From Candidatus Poribacteria bacterium (GTDB taxonomy: Bacteria > Poribacteria > WGA-4E > WGA-3G), in assembly GCA_963663765.2 (NCBI GenBank), contig CAXXUA010000013.1, positions 352,001 to 416,000 on the forward strand: a stretch of 64,000 bases of DNA, in the 5' to 3' direction. Both the position numbers and the translations under genes were made by a program. This document shows, piece by piece, positions 48,762 through 60,446 of the stretch (position 1 is the first letter of the stretch; each line of letters starts with the position of its first letter). The notes below the pieces were generated by a model, which was not told where the DNA came from, did not search any database, and worked only from the letters and a program-made list of their open reading frames with translations.

Positions 48762-49349
48762 ATGGAAGCATTCAATGAACACGTTGGACTTGTTGTACCA
48801 CTTGACCGTATTAACGTTGACACTGACCAGATTATACCCAAGCAATTCCTGAAGCGAATTGAACGTACTGGTTTCGGTGAATTTTTATTTTTCGATTGGC
48901 GTTACCTTGAAAATGGTGATCCAAACACAGATTTTGTGTTAAACGATTCACGATATGCAGGTGCAAGTATCCTAATTGCGGGTGCAAACTTCGGTTGTGG
49001 TAGTTCCAGAGAACATGCACCTTGGGCATTGCAACAGTACGGATTCAAGGCGATCCTTGCACCATCATTTGCCGATATCTTCAGGAACAATTGCTATAAG
49101 AACGGTATACTACCTATCTCATTACCTGTAGACGTTATTGCATCGCTTAGTGAGGCAGTCCAGGAGACCGAAGGGTATCGACTTATGGTAGATTTGGAGA
49201 AACAATCTGTCTTTTGTCCTGATGGTACTGCACATACGTTTGAAATAGGAGATTTTGAGAAGCACTGCCTTCTGAACGGACTTGATGAAATCGGTTGGAC
49301 TTTACAGTATGAAGCGGTCATTACGTCGTATGAAAATCAAAATCACTAA
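48762..49349 (+). CDS. leuD: 3-isopropylmalate dehydratase small subunit
   Basis: [43 protein letters not shown]. Confidence 0.97.
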   Translation: MEAFNEHVGLVVPLDRINVDTDQIIPKQFLKRIERTGFGEFLFFDWRYLENGDPNTDFVLNDSRYAGASILIAGANFGCGSSREHAPWALQQYGFKAILAPSFADIFRNNCYKNGILPISLPVDVIASLSEAVQETEGYRLMVDLEKQSVFCPDGTAHTFEIGDFEKHCLLNGLDEIGWTLQYEAVITSYENQNH

Positions 49350-49477
49350 CTTGGATGAAGGTAATAATGGCACAATAAAAAAGATTAAAGTTACCTAAAA
49401 CTATGAGTAATTGAACCGTTAGATAGACTTAACCTTTCTCACGATCAAGAACTTGAACTTAAAATCAAATTACTTCA

Positions 49478-49571
49478 GCGTATCTCATAAATGCAATTTT
49501 GTCCAAATTCATCGGATCGCATGTCTGGTAAATCGGGGTTAGAAACCCCTCCTACCATTTATGAGATAGGT
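49478..49571. mobile_element. MITE-like element with REP arm
   Basis: cgtatctcataaat / atttatgagatagg termini; internal cggggttagaaacccctcctac. Confidence 0.55.
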
Positions 49572-49656
49572 TGTCATAACTTCCACTTCCGATCTTACCA
49601 AAACGGATTACACGGAGTTTGCGAAGTAGACAGATTTCGCTGAGAAGACAGCAGTA

Positions 49657-49775
49657 TTATACCAATTCTAAAAATGGTGTCGCATTACAGGTTTTTATGA
49701 AATGTATCGAATACGACACAAACTAACAGTTGATGCTATAAGAAAAGAGACAATTTCAATTAGAAATGGTATTAC
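49657..49775. mobile_element. MITE-like element
   Basis: ataccaattcta / tagaaatggtat termini; left part repeated at about 19680-19720 (ataccaattcta...tgtcgcattacaggtttt). Confidence 0.5.
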
Positions 49776-49912
49776 ATAAGAAAAGCGTTAACTAAGTAGG
49801 ACATCCTTAGACGTGTACTTATCCGTGTCATCCGCTTATTCCGTGATTCTGACAAACCCAACAATTCAAAGAACACCATATATAAAACTTTACACAATCT
49901 GGACTTTCAGAC

Positions 49913-52900
49913 ATGTTTGATTACATAAAATCATATTCTCAAGATCCAAATAGATTTAAGACTCTATCAAGATGTTGTCTTATAATGTTGATTGTATGGT
50001 TTTGTAGTCTAAGCCTTGGCTTATGTTCAGAACCTTGGAAGTGTGGAACACCGTTATTATGTGAGAAACACCCACCTATTCAAGACATCAGTAAGGTGAA
50101 TGCCGCTCCTGCAGCTCCAATGCAACCCGGACAAATAGAAAGGTTTTTTATACACATACCAGAAGAGTCTATCAATGCTACTTGTGTTGCTGTAGGAGTA
50201 CATTGTTATATCTATATAGAAGAAAAATACCAGCAAATGATAACTGAAACACAGGCAAAGTCAATCGCTAATACATTTGATACAAGAATATATCCAGAAG
50301 TTCACCATTGGTTAGGAATGGAAGATCAACCCGGTTTAGATAGAGACAATAGAATTACTATTCTTTTTCACGATGTAGGTATGAATGAATCAGGTCAGGA
50401 CTATGGTGGATATTTCTCTCCTACTGACCAGTATCCCACATTGCCATCAAGCAACCGTCGTAACATGTTATATATGGACATCTTCCAATATAAGGAACGA
50501 TCACAACATACTTTCTATAGTAGTCTTGCGCATGAATTCGCTCATCTCGTCAACTGGTATCAGAATGGTGGTACAACAGATCAACGTTGGTTAGAGGAAG
50601 GTATTGCATCATTCACTGAATGGGGAATTTATGGTACTGTTCACAATTTGTTTGTTGATGGGTACCTTGCTGACCCAAGTATGTCATTAACTACTGCAAA
50701 TAATAATGAAATCTATTATGGTGCAGCTTATATGTTAATGCTATATTTATATGAAAAGCATGGAGGGATTAATTTCATACGCGACATCGCTGCTGAGAAC
50801 AAACTGGGAATTCCTGCAATTAATGCCACCTTAGGTGAAACCAAAAGTTACATTGATGTCTTCCTAAACTGGGGAATAGCAAATTGGTTCAATAATCAAA
50901 CACGCGGACGGGTCTTTAGTTATCAGAATCTACCAAATCGAAGAATCACAGCACAAACATCACGAATAACAAGATACCCTAAAACTTCAAACGAAATTCC
51001 AGTTGATAGTTGGGGTATAAATTATATACTGTTTGATAATCTTCCTGATATTTTTGAACTCACATTAAGTGCTAAAACACCAGAAAAACTACACGCGAAT
51101 ATTGTTTATTTCTCAACAAATACTGACATACCAAAAGTTATTCCGATTCCAACTATATCAAGACAGAATAACACGAATGTGAATTCTGTGAACAAAATAA
51201 CTATCGGTAATGTACATCAAAATGGACAAATTCTATTAGTTGTTACATCAGAATATCCACAACAGTTCCGATATGAAGCAAAACTTGGATCTGGAACTGT
51301 ATGGATTGACATTGCAAGTACGCCAAATACATCGTTGCGTATCATTGATCCCCTTGATAATCATTGGATAAATGATGACATCATTTATCCAATATTCTCA
51401 AATACGCAGCCAATCTATGAAGGTCGTACTGAAGGAAAAACACTAATTACACCAAACGTCTATCCCAAACTTCAACCGAGAAGTCAAATACATCTCTCAA
51501 GTAATTACAAAGATATTATAGTTCGGGAAGAGATCCTTTTCGCTGCAAGTGGATGGGGACTTGAATTATTCTCGCTTAACCCATTGCCAACGCTTATTGG
51601 AGAAATTGGAACACCAGGGACTGCATCGGCAATTACAAAAACTGACAATTATGTTTATATTGCTGATGGTGAATTTGGTGTACATCTGATTGATGTAACT
51701 ACACCCAAGACACCCATGATTGTTAAAACACTTGGTGGTTTTCATGATGCTGTGGATGTTTATTATGCTGATGGAGACCTATATACACTTGATAGAGTCC
51801 GAGGCTTATTGGTATTCAATCATCAGGATAACCTTAATAATGAAAATCCACTACCTCGTCGCTCTTTTCAAATTGCAGGGACACCTTTTAAAGTGTCAAA
51901 AAGTCATGACGGTAAAATCTATGTAAGTGATGATACACATGGTCTATATATCCTTAGATCAGATCCGCTTGGTGGTTATAATGTTATAGACACTATCCCA
52001 TTTTTAGCTCATGACTTTGAAGTATTTGGTCAATATGCACTTGTTGCTTCAAGTAATTTACGCATTTTTGATATTGAACCTCCTGCAACGTCACATCAGA
52101 TTTCCCGTTTAAATACCCCCGGACAGCTGTCAAGTGTAAAGTATTTTCAAGGAATGTTATACCTTACTGACCAACATACCGGTTTGCATATTATCAATCT
52201 TGATAGTGTTCAAAATCCTCGGCTGGTGTCAACTCACCCTACGGTAGGAACTGCTGAAGACGTTGCATTCTTGCATTCATTTTCGCCGGACAAGACCTAT
52301 GCTTATGTCGCAGATGGAAAACATGGAATACAAACCTTGGATGTAACCAGACCTGAAAAACCCATTTGGATAAATCACTACAAAACAACCGGATACACAA
52401 ATGCCATTGATGTAGTGGCTGAAAATGAAAAGATTACAATAGTTATAGCCAATGGACTCGATGGACTAAAGACTGCTGAAATGACGAATCCTTATTCTGG
52501 TAAAATTATTAGAGAAGTCCGTTCAATATCAGGAGAACAAGGTGCATTGAGTGTAAAAATACATCAAAATCATGCTTTCGTTGGCACTGATATTGGAATG
52601 GATGTCGTTAATCTTGATACTGGCGAAGTTATATCACATATCGTCACTGCGAGTCCTGTTTGGGATATTAATATCATAAAAAACCATGCATATCTGTGTG
52701 CAAAATCGCTCTATGTTGTAGACATTTCCTCTCCAGAAAGTAGCATAATTGTATCAAATAGACGGTTGTCAGGTACTGCGTTTAAAATGGTTCATAGTGA
52801 CAGTTTTGCTTATGTTGCATCACTTGATGGTGGGGTTCACATTATGGATATTTCTGCGCCGGCACTTCCTCGTCCAATTTCAAACTATATAACGGTTGGC

Positions 52901-53572
52901 ACAGCAACAAACGTTGCACTTGATGAAAAGAATTTATATATTCTGGATAACCGTATTGGAGTGTTAAAATTAGAAATACAGAATCAAACACAACCTACTT
53001 TATTGTCGGAATACACTGACACCAAGATTCCAAGTCACGCAGTCGTTCAAGGTGATTTTCTTTACCTGTTGGACATTGATTCCCTGCAAATTATTGACAC
53101 ACGCACTATGCTTCGTCAAACTCGCTACATACAATCACAGCCTCCTACCAGCCTTGCAGTTACCCATTCTTCTCTTTATGTTACGAGTCAATACCAACTC
53201 AATATATATAGAATTCAAACAGACGCATCAAATCTTGCAGTAGAAGATCCTTCACAGGATTTAAGGCAGAATACAACACTATTTACAGTAGATTCCCAAA
53301 ATAAACTACTACAAAACTACCCAAACCCGTTCAATCCAGAAACGTGGATTCCTTATACACTGATCAAAGGTATAGATGTTTCTCTTTCAATTTATGATGC
53401 AAAAGGACACGTTATCCTACAAGATTCGTTAGGATATCAACCATTTGGCAAGCATATTGCTTACTGGGATGGTCGCAATTCAACGGGTGAACCTGTCGCA
53501 AGTGGAATATATTTCTATACATTATCTGCAGGTGATTTCACATCAACCCGTAAAATGCTTCTACAACGATAA
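49913..53572 (+). CDS. large secreted protein: HEXXH zinc metallopeptidase + LVIVD repeats + C-terminal FlgD-like/secretion tail
   Basis: LAHEFAHL..WLEEG; YVYIADG..G..LIDV..P repeats; QNYPNPFNPETWIP...WDGRN..GEPVASGIYFY. Confidence 0.8.
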   Translation: MFDYIKSYSQDPNRFKTLSRCCLIMLIVWFCSLSLGLCSEPWKCGTPLLCEKHPPIQDISKVNAAPAAPMQPGQIERFFIHIPEESINATCVAVGVHCYIYIEEKYQQMITETQAKSIANTFDTRIYPEVHHWLGMEDQPGLDRDNRITILFHDVGMNESGQDYGGYFSPTDQYPTLPSSNRRNMLYMDIFQYKERSQHTFYSSLAHEFAHLVNWYQNGGTTDQRWLEEGIASFTEWGIYGTVHNLFVDGYLADPSMSLTTANNNEIYYGAAYMLMLYLYEKHGGINFIRDIAAENKLGIPAINATLGETKSYIDVFLNWGIANWFNNQTRGRVFSYQNLPNRRITAQTSRITRYPKTSNEIPVDSWGINYILFDNLPDIFELTLSAKTPEKLHANIVYFSTNTDIPKVIPIPTISRQNNTNVNSVNKITIGNVHQNGQILLVVTSEYPQQFRYEAKLGSGTVWIDIASTPNTSLRIIDPLDNHWINDDIIYPIFSNTQPIYEGRTEGKTLITPNVYPKLQPRSQIHLSSNYKDIIVREEILFAASGWGLELFSLNPLPTLIGEIGTPGTASAITKTDNYVYIADGEFGVHLIDVTTPKTPMIVKTLGGFHDAVDVYYADGDLYTLDRVRGLLVFNHQDNLNNENPLPRRSFQIAGTPFKVSKSHDGKIYVSDDTHGLYILRSDPLGGYNVIDTIPFLAHDFEVFGQYALVASSNLRIFDIEPPATSHQISRLNTPGQLSSVKYFQGMLYLTDQHTGLHIINLDSVQNPRLVSTHPTVGTAEDVAFLHSFSPDKTYAYVADGKHGIQTLDVTRPEKPIWINHYKTTGYTNAIDVVAENEKITIVIANGLDGLKTAEMTNPYSGKIIREVRSISGEQGALSVKIHQNHAFVGTDIGMDVVNLDTGEVISHIVTASPVWDINIIKNHAYLCAKSLYVVDISSPESSIIVSNRRLSGTAFKMVHSDSFAYVASLDGGVHIMDISAPALPRPISNYITVGTATNVALDEKNLYILDNRIGVLKLEIQNQTQPTLLSEYTDTKIPSHAVVQGDFLYLLDIDSLQIIDTRTMLRQTRYIQSQPPTSLAVTHSSLYVTSQYQLNIYRIQTDASNLAVEDPSQDLRQNTTLFTVDSQNKLLQNYPNPFNPETWIPYTLIKGIDVSLSIYDAKGHVILQDSLGYQPFGKHIAYWDGRNSTGEPVASGIYFYTLSAGDFTSTRKMLLQR

Positions 53573-54117
53573 TGTAAACTTTTATACATTATATATTTAT
53601 AGGACGTAACCTCAGATCTTGACTTCTTACAAGATTTTCTCACCTTCTTTCAACATTTGTGTTTCTGTAACCCAAAAATAAATGTTTACGTTAAAATGTA
53701 TAGGCAAAGTCGGATACTGTGTCAATACATTAAATTCAAAAGCGTATACAATCCAACACTAAAATCTACATTTTAATGTTACTTTAGCGATTATACTTTC
53801 AGTCCAAACGTGTTAATTATAAGACTTGAGTAAGTTGGAATAGCAGAAATACCACAATATCCATTTAACTCTATTTTGGTAGATTAATGATTTAATTACA
53901 CACTTAACAGGTAGGAGCGACTGGGAAATCAACCGTATGAATGCTTTATGGTATTCTCGTAGGTCGCTGCCACCGAATGCAAGAGGGATAATAAATAGCA
54001 CAACTACCTAAGCAGTTAACTGGAAACAATGTTTAATTATTTACATAATTCACCATAATAATCTTTTTGATATTCATATCTTTCTTCATAGTAGACTTTT
54101 CACAAGGAGACTAACGG

Positions 54118-55860
54118 ATGGCAGCCAACAGTGTATCTGGTAGCTTTAAGGGAATTGAGGTAAGTTTTTCATTCAATGGCCCCCAAATTGTCATGAGCGT
54201 ATTGAATACAATAGAGGACGGTAGACGGTTACGTGTGATGTTTCAACAGCAACCGATTAGTGGGCGTGTCAATTGGACCTCTTTGCAACTTACTGAGCAA
54301 ACACAAAATGTTGTCGTTCCCCCTGAGGTAATTAATTCGCACAAGATTGTTTTTTATGTTGACGATGATGAACCGATTGTAACTTATACGGAAGGTATAT
54401 TGGATGAACTTCAACACTTACAAGTACCAGAAAGGGATAATGATAACCTACAAACATCAACTGATGAGTTAGTACCACCTGAACCAAAACAACACACCTC
54501 CGAGTCGAATGAAGAGTCGAATGAAGAAAAGTATAATAAGAAAACTGATGAGTTAGTACCTGAACCAAAACAACACACCTCCGAGTCGAATGAAGAAAAG
54601 TATAATAAGAAAGTAGAAAATAGTACAAATGGGAGTCAAGTTACAAACATACTTCCAAATAAAGTTGATTCCGTGAATAGTCTTGCCGATAATGTATCTT
54701 TACATACTCAAACAGATGAAAAAACAGGTGAGAAAGGATCTGCAGACGATATTGGTAACATGAATTTAAAGATGGAAGACTCGTCTCCAATTGATCCTCA
54801 AAATTCTGTCACCAATCCGAAAACTGATATGCATCAACCATCACCACAGCAAGATGTACCGAAAGCAACTATTCCCAATCAGAAACCTACCGAACAACCC
54901 ATCCCAAAGCGAAAGACACACTATGTTGAGCGATATGCTCCACAAGTTAGTACTGAGTTGCAGTTTAAAATCAAAGTGCCTACAATACCGAAAAGTGCAT
55001 CTAAAAAAGAAGTGACTTTTATTCCATCACGTTCAGCAATTTCATCAAAGTCCAATAACAAAAAGTACGGTCTTTTTGGACAATTAGCTGGAGCAATCGG
55101 TCTAAACGTATCTAAAAAGAAACATTATTTCATGCAGGAAAACCAGCATCTTTATGAGAAATTCCATGCAAACTTGGAAAAAATGGAACGTGATTACAAC
55201 GATGGAAGTGGTATACCGTTAGATAAATGGGATCTTGCGTCTCTAAGTGAACAGCAAACAGCAGTTTTGCTCTTGAATCTTATGGTTAACGAATTAAATT
55301 CATGGAAAAAGGATGCGAAAAAAGCGAGTTCTACGAAAAACACACTTGCGAAATCCCTTGAGGAAATTGAGAAAGAACTGAAACAAATCCTAAAACAGAC
55401 AAGAGGTATTGATGCACCTTCCCCTACACTGTTCCCAGACAGAACAGCCGCATCAGAACAGGATTTGATGCGTATTCAGAAAGACTGTGATGTGTACCTT
55501 GAACGTTTTTCTGAAAAACTTGCTGTGCTTGAACAAAATCATGCAGAAAAAGTGCGTGTCCCAGCATTCAAAAAGTTTTTGCTTGAATTTGTACGAGACA
55601 AATTATTCCCAAAAGCTGCTGAGTTTAGTTCTATGAAATCCGTTCAAAAAAGATTAAATTGGTTCCTCAATTTAGTTGATTTTGAATTGATACCAATTGA
55701 ACCGGGAAAAACAAAGTTTTCTTCAGAGCATCATGAAGTGAAAGAAAAACGTAGCAGCGATCTTGAATCTAATACAATTGTTGAGGTCGTCTCACCCGGT
55801 TTACAGACTAAAGACGGTAAGAGGATTATTCAAAATGCTGTTGTAATTCAGGCGGAGTAG
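54118..55860 (+). CDS. hypothetical protein with disordered middle and C-terminal GrpE-like domain
   Basis: AAGGAG RBS; C-terminal PG..KF...HHEV...NTIVEVVSPG...KRIIQNAVV; internal duplication TDELV(P)PEPKQHTSESNEEKYNKK. Confidence 0.6.
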   Translation: MAANSVSGSFKGIEVSFSFNGPQIVMSVLNTIEDGRRLRVMFQQQPISGRVNWTSLQLTEQTQNVVVPPEVINSHKIVFYVDDDEPIVTYTEGILDELQHLQVPERDNDNLQTSTDELVPPEPKQHTSESNEESNEEKYNKKTDELVPEPKQHTSESNEEKYNKKVENSTNGSQVTNILPNKVDSVNSLADNVSLHTQTDEKTGEKGSADDIGNMNLKMEDSSPIDPQNSVTNPKTDMHQPSPQQDVPKATIPNQKPTEQPIPKRKTHYVERYAPQVSTELQFKIKVPTIPKSASKKEVTFIPSRSAISSKSNNKKYGLFGQLAGAIGLNVSKKKHYFMQENQHLYEKFHANLEKMERDYNDGSGIPLDKWDLASLSEQQTAVLLLNLMVNELNSWKKDAKKASSTKNTLAKSLEEIEKELKQILKQTRGIDAPSPTLFPDRTAASEQDLMRIQKDCDVYLERFSEKLAVLEQNHAEKVRVPAFKKFLLEFVRDKLFPKAAEFSSMKSVQKRLNWFLNLVDFELIPIEPGKTKFSSEHHEVKEKRSSDLESNTIVEVVSPGLQTKDGKRIIQNAVVIQAE

Positions 55861-55863
55861 TAT

Positions 55864-56877
55864 GTGGTAACCCCAGAAAAACTTATCCAAAGAATTGCAG
55901 AAATACCCCAAGTAAATATTGGTCACTTCCCAACACCACTTGAGGAATGTCGAAGACTATCCAAAGAACTTGGTGGTCCTCGCATTTTCATAAAACGTGA
56001 AGATTGTTCTGGATTAGCGTTTGGTGGAAACAAAGTTAGACAATTGACTTTCACACTTGGCGAAGCCGTAGATCAAGATGCAGATACAATCGTTCATGGA
56101 GCATCGTCCCAATCAAATCATTGTAGGCAAGCTGCCGCAGCATGTAGTAAACTCGGATTAAACTGTTATATACGCCTTGCAAAGGATCACAAGAGTATTG
56201 TGCAAGGCAATTTACTGTTAGACCATTTAGCTGGCGCTGATGTTGAAATCGTAGATATACCGTTTGGTCCTGAATTAGAGGAATTTAAGCTAAGTCTGGC
56301 AAAGAAACTACGTGCAGACGGTTTGAAACCTTATGTTGTCACATCACCACGTTCAACTGCTCTTGCAGCAGTTGCATTCACTTGGTGCATCGCGGAATTA
56401 CACGAACAGCAGAAACAACTTGGGATTGATGCTGATTGGATATATACTTCGTCAGTAGGTGGAACACAAGCTGGATTAGTCCTTGGAACGAAAGCATTGG
56501 ACATGAATCTAAAACCCTATGCGATCGCGCCAGTTCATTGGGATGGTAAAACTGATAGAATCCGTGAAGCAGCAAATTCTGCGGCAACAATATTAGAACT
56601 TGACACACAGATCATGAATTCAGATATTCTCAATACAGATGATTATATCGGTGAAGGTTATGGATATATTACGCCAGAAGGCGTTGACGCCCTAAAACTA
56701 TTGGCAAGAACTGAAGGTATAATACTTGATCCTGTTTATACCTCAAAAGCTATGGCTTGCCTGATTGATCATATCAAACAGGGTAGACTCGATTCAAGCG
56801 ATACCGTGATTTTTCTTCATACAGGCGGAACACCAGCATTGTTTGCATATAATGAAGAAATATATGCAAAGATATAA
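55864..56877 (+). CDS. D-cysteine desulfhydrase / ACC deaminase family PLP enzyme
   Basis: PTPL, IKRED.SGLAFGGNKVR, QSNHCR, GGTQAGL, LDPVYTSK, FLHTGG. Confidence 0.88.
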   Translation: MVTPEKLIQRIAEIPQVNIGHFPTPLEECRRLSKELGGPRIFIKREDCSGLAFGGNKVRQLTFTLGEAVDQDADTIVHGASSQSNHCRQAAAACSKLGLNCYIRLAKDHKSIVQGNLLLDHLAGADVEIVDIPFGPELEEFKLSLAKKLRADGLKPYVVTSPRSTALAAVAFTWCIAELHEQQKQLGIDADWIYTSSVGGTQAGLVLGTKALDMNLKPYAIAPVHWDGKTDRIREAANSAATILELDTQIMNSDILNTDDYIGEGYGYITPEGVDALKLLARTEGIILDPVYTSKAMACLIDHIKQGRLDSSDTVIFLHTGGTPALFAYNEEIYAKI

Positions 56878-56902
56878 ATTTTAACCAAGTTTTCTGACAA
56901 GA

Positions 56903-57697
56903 TCATTCTTCCTTGTTCTGATACTTTTCATGATGCACAATTTCTGTCGTCTCTAATCTGACAGAACTCTGACTTTCCTTATTCACATACCCCATTCTTA
57001 ATAGCGTTATAACTTCATGATGTAGTGGTATATTAAAATGTTGTTTTATTTTATCTCGGTCTGTTTCATTTTCTAAGGGTGCACTAATAAATTGCACACC
57101 AATATCAAGTGAGGTAGCGGTCAACAGCATATTTTGTATTAGCATACCAATGCTCAGTAGCATCCATCGGGTTGCACCTTCACCTGGTGGTCTGCGTTCA
57201 GTATCCATTGTAATCATTACTAGCAATGGTGCTTCTCGAACCTCTGTAGCAATTTGTCTTGCCGGGTCTTTACCACCACCCATACGTCCCAACATAGATA
57301 ATACTTTCCTATTATTTAGCAACCCTTTTAAAACCCTAACTGTAATACCATCAGAGGATTTCTGTATAAACTTAGGTATGGAGACATGATCTGTAAGTAG
57401 TACACCATCTCCATATTTTTGCCATTCCGTTTCATTTATACGCATCCATTGACTATTATCTTCCAAAAACTGCGTGTCTTTGAACTGAGTCAAAATAGCT
57501 TGTTCGGTCATATCTGCAAGTGTATTTTTTCCTTCAGAATCTCGTATGATAATTATTGACCAAGGTTGAACATTAAAGGGTGACGGTGTCCACCGTGCAG
57601 CTTCAATCAACATATTCAGATCATTTTCTTCAATTACCCGATCTTGATATTCTTTGCGATGACTACGCCGTTGTGTTATTGCATCTAAGACATTCAT
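56903..57697 (-). CDS. nitroreductase family protein
   Basis: I.QRRSHRK, AARWTPSPFNVQPW, IQNMLL.A.SLDIG. Confidence 0.82.
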   Translation of the reverse strand: MNVLDAITQRRSHRKEYQDRVIEENDLNMLIEAARWTPSPFNVQPWSIIIIRDSEGKNTLADMTEQAILTQFKDTQFLEDNSQWMRINETEWQKYGDGVLLTDHVSIPKFIQKSSDGITVRVLKGLLNNRKVLSMLGRMGGGKDPARQIATEVREAPLLVMITMDTERRPPGEGATRWMLLSIGMLIQNMLLTATSLDIGVQFISAPLENETDRDKIKQHFNIPLHHEVITLLRMGYVNKESQSSVRLETTEIVHHEKYQNKEE

Positions 57698-58082
57698 TCA
57701 GTTACAAATACCTTTTCAAAATACTGCTGTTTCAGATAGAAAACATAGAATTCATTAGTTCTGTTATTCCAATTTATTATACCATATAATAAGTTTAGTA
57801 CTATCATTTTTTATACTATATTACACACCACATAAAATTCTTATCAGTTAATACTGCGAATCTCTTAAATTCGATATTGTCCAAATTCACCAGATCTTAT
57901 GTCTGCTAAATCGGTGTTAGAATCCCCTCCTCCCATTTATGAGATACGTTTTAGTAAAAGAATCAATAAATTGTACATTTTTTTTATAGATATTAACAAT
58001 ACCAGTCTATACGTAATTTGCATTATCTCCTCGTATGTGTTAATATATAAAGAGTTGAAAATAGACAAAATCATTGGAGGAA

Positions 58083-59138
58083 ATGATGTATAAAATCGGT
58101 CTCATCCCTGGAGATGGAATCGGCCCCGAAGTTACCTGCGAAGCGATGAAGGTATTCGGGGCTGCAACTGCACAAGAAGGAATAAAATACGAAACGGTCG
58201 AATACGATATCGGAGGAGATAGGTTTCTGGAAACTGGTGAAGTTTTACCAGATTCGGTTCTTGAAGAATTACGAGAACTTGATGCTATTTATCTCGGTGC
58301 TATTGGACATCCTGATGTCAAACCTGGAATATTAGAACAAGGCATACTTTTAAAAGTCCGTTTTGAACTTGATCTCTATATAAACTTGCGACCTGTGAAA
58401 TTATATCCAGGTGTTCCTACACCATTAAAGGATAAAGGACCGGAAGATATTGATTTTATCATTGTACGTGAGAATACAGAAGGCTTATACTCTGGTATCG
58501 GAGGACACTTAAAACGCGGAACAAAAGATGAAGTTGTAATTCAAGAGATGATCAATACCTACAAGGGTATAGAAAGATGTGTCCGTTATGCTTATGAACT
58601 CACTCGTAAACGTGACAAGACGAATACATTAACCACCTGCGACAAAGCAAATGTTTTAACCTATGCACATGACCTTTGGCGGCGGGTCTTTGATGAAGTT
58701 GGTGAAGACTATCCAGATATAAAAAGGGAATATGCGTTTGTTGATGCAACAACCATGTGGATGGTAAAGAATCCTGAGTGGTTTGATGTAATCGTAACTT
58801 GTAACATGTTTGGAGACATCATAACTGATCTCGGTGCAATGATTCAGGGAGGCATGGGAGTCGCTGCATCAGGGAATCTTAACCCAGAAAGTGTGGCAAT
58901 GTTTGAACCAATACACGGTTCTGCACCACGTTATACAGGAAAAAACCAAATTAACCCTATTGCAGCAATAGGAGCTGCAGCAATGATGCTTGACCATCTC
59001 GGACATGCAACGGCAGCTACAAAAGTTGAAGACTCTATTAGCAACCTGCTTGCAAGTGGAAAAATAAAGGATCTTGGTGCTGGTCGTATGGGATACACGA
59101 CTGAAGAAGTTGGTGACTTAATAGCAAATAGCTTGTAA
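58083..59138 (+). CDS. leuB: 3-isopropylmalate dehydrogenase
   Basis: [47 protein letters not shown]; leuC and leuD lie nearby. Confidence 0.88.
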   Translation: MMYKIGLIPGDGIGPEVTCEAMKVFGAATAQEGIKYETVEYDIGGDRFLETGEVLPDSVLEELRELDAIYLGAIGHPDVKPGILEQGILLKVRFELDLYINLRPVKLYPGVPTPLKDKGPEDIDFIIVRENTEGLYSGIGGHLKRGTKDEVVIQEMINTYKGIERCVRYAYELTRKRDKTNTLTTCDKANVLTYAHDLWRRVFDEVGEDYPDIKREYAFVDATTMWMVKNPEWFDVIVTCNMFGDIITDLGAMIQGGMGVAASGNLNPESVAMFEPIHGSAPRYTGKNQINPIAAIGAAAMMLDHLGHATAATKVEDSISNLLASGKIKDLGAGRMGYTTEEVGDLIANSL

Positions 59139-59152
59139 CTTTTGGGAAGTGT

Positions 59153-59905
59153 CTATTCTAATCTTGCAGTGAAGTTTATTCGGTCTGAAGAACGGTTCCA
59201 TTTATTGAAGGTATACATGTCATAAGCACTCAACATACTGTAGCCTGAAGTTTTCAACGCATTACTCACTGTAGCAACTTCAAAGATACGTTGCATGTGA
59301 ACTTCTTCATATCTTCTAAACAATTCACCTTCCCTAATAAAAAAGGTTAAAAAGGTTCTGCACATTTTTGTATGAAACATGTAATTGTTCTTCCAAATGT
59401 ATGAATAATCTTGGTGATTCGTGGAAAATGTCCTATTGTGAAAGTGTTCAACAATATTCCGTTCAGTAGTAATATCAAAGATAAAAAGACCCTTAGGCGC
59501 AAGATGTTTGGATACAGTCTCAAATATAGTATTAAGTTCTTCTACGTTTGTTGCATAGTTTATACTGTCATAGGTACATAGTATCGCGTCAAACTGTTGG
59601 TCTAATTGGAAATTAAGCATATCACCATGTTGAAATGTAATTTGTAATTTCTGTTTCTCTGCTTTTTGTTTTGCTATATTTAACATCCCCATTGCCTTGT
59701 CTATACCGGTCATCTGGTATCCTTTTAAGGCAAATAAAACAGTTAAAGCACCAGTACCACACGCAATATCAAGAACTTTTTTCGGTTTATGACCATATAG
59801 ACCAAAAATTGATTCAATATAATCACACCAACGTGTATAGTTGACGTTTTTCATCATTCGGTCATAAGCATAAGCAAATTTTTCATAGGGGGGTGTTAAT
59901 AACAT
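59153..59905 (-). CDS. class I SAM-dependent methyltransferase
   Basis: VLDIACGTG, HGDM, FDAILC..DSINY, L.PKGLFIFD. Confidence 0.88.
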   Translation of the reverse strand: MLLTPPYEKFAYAYDRMMKNVNYTRWCDYIESIFGLYGHKPKKVLDIACGTGALTVLFALKGYQMTGIDKAMGMLNIAKQKAEKQKLQITFQHGDMLNFQLDQQFDAILCTYDSINYATNVEELNTIFETVSKHLAPKGLFIFDITTERNIVEHFHNRTFSTNHQDYSYIWKNNYMFHTKMCRTFLTFFIREGELFRRYEEVHMQRIFEVATVSNALKTSGYSMLSAYDMYTFNKWNRSSDRINFTARLE

Positions 59906-59914
59906 TGACTCTTT

Positions 59915-60304
59915 TCACTCATTTACTTGTTTGTAGCCAACAGATGCATTGAGCATACTCAAGAGCGCATTTATTTCTTTAGTAGTCCAAGTTTCATCTG
60001 CATTTGCTTCAATAGCAAAATCACCAGCGATTTTTAGTTTACGAATTTTAATTTTACCAGTTAAAAAACTAAAGGGTATGCGTTGTGCTGCATTCTTTAC
60101 TCTTTCAAGTGTATTAATTATATATTCCCGATCAACGTCTTCTGGGGCTTGGCGGATCATAGCATCCTTCAACATTTCTGTCCCAAAACCGAACAAAACT
60201 ATGATGATAAACCACTGTAAAATTGAAAGGCAGACCATAAACACCAATAATACAGTTAAGACTTTAGTTAAATGCCGTTTCCATTTTGAATTGTCCTTGC
60301 TCAT
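59915..60304 (-). CDS. hypothetical membrane protein
   Basis: N-terminal hydrophobic helix; GAGGA RBS; 9 bp from the methyltransferase start. Confidence 0.6.
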   Translation of the reverse strand: MSKDNSKWKRHLTKVLTVLLVFMVCLSILQWFIIIVLFGFGTEMLKDAMIRQAPEDVDREYIINTLERVKNAAQRIPFSFLTGKIKIRKLKIAGDFAIEANADETWTTKEINALLSMLNASVGYKQVNE

Positions 60305-60446
60305 AATTGGAATTCCTCATTCAAAAATACGAAATCATCAAGATTATCAGTAATTTAGCATTTAATTCGCATTTTGTCAATCTAAATCAATTTGATCACA
60401 CTGTTATATATGCATAACAAACTTATCAACAGAAAAACAATAATCT

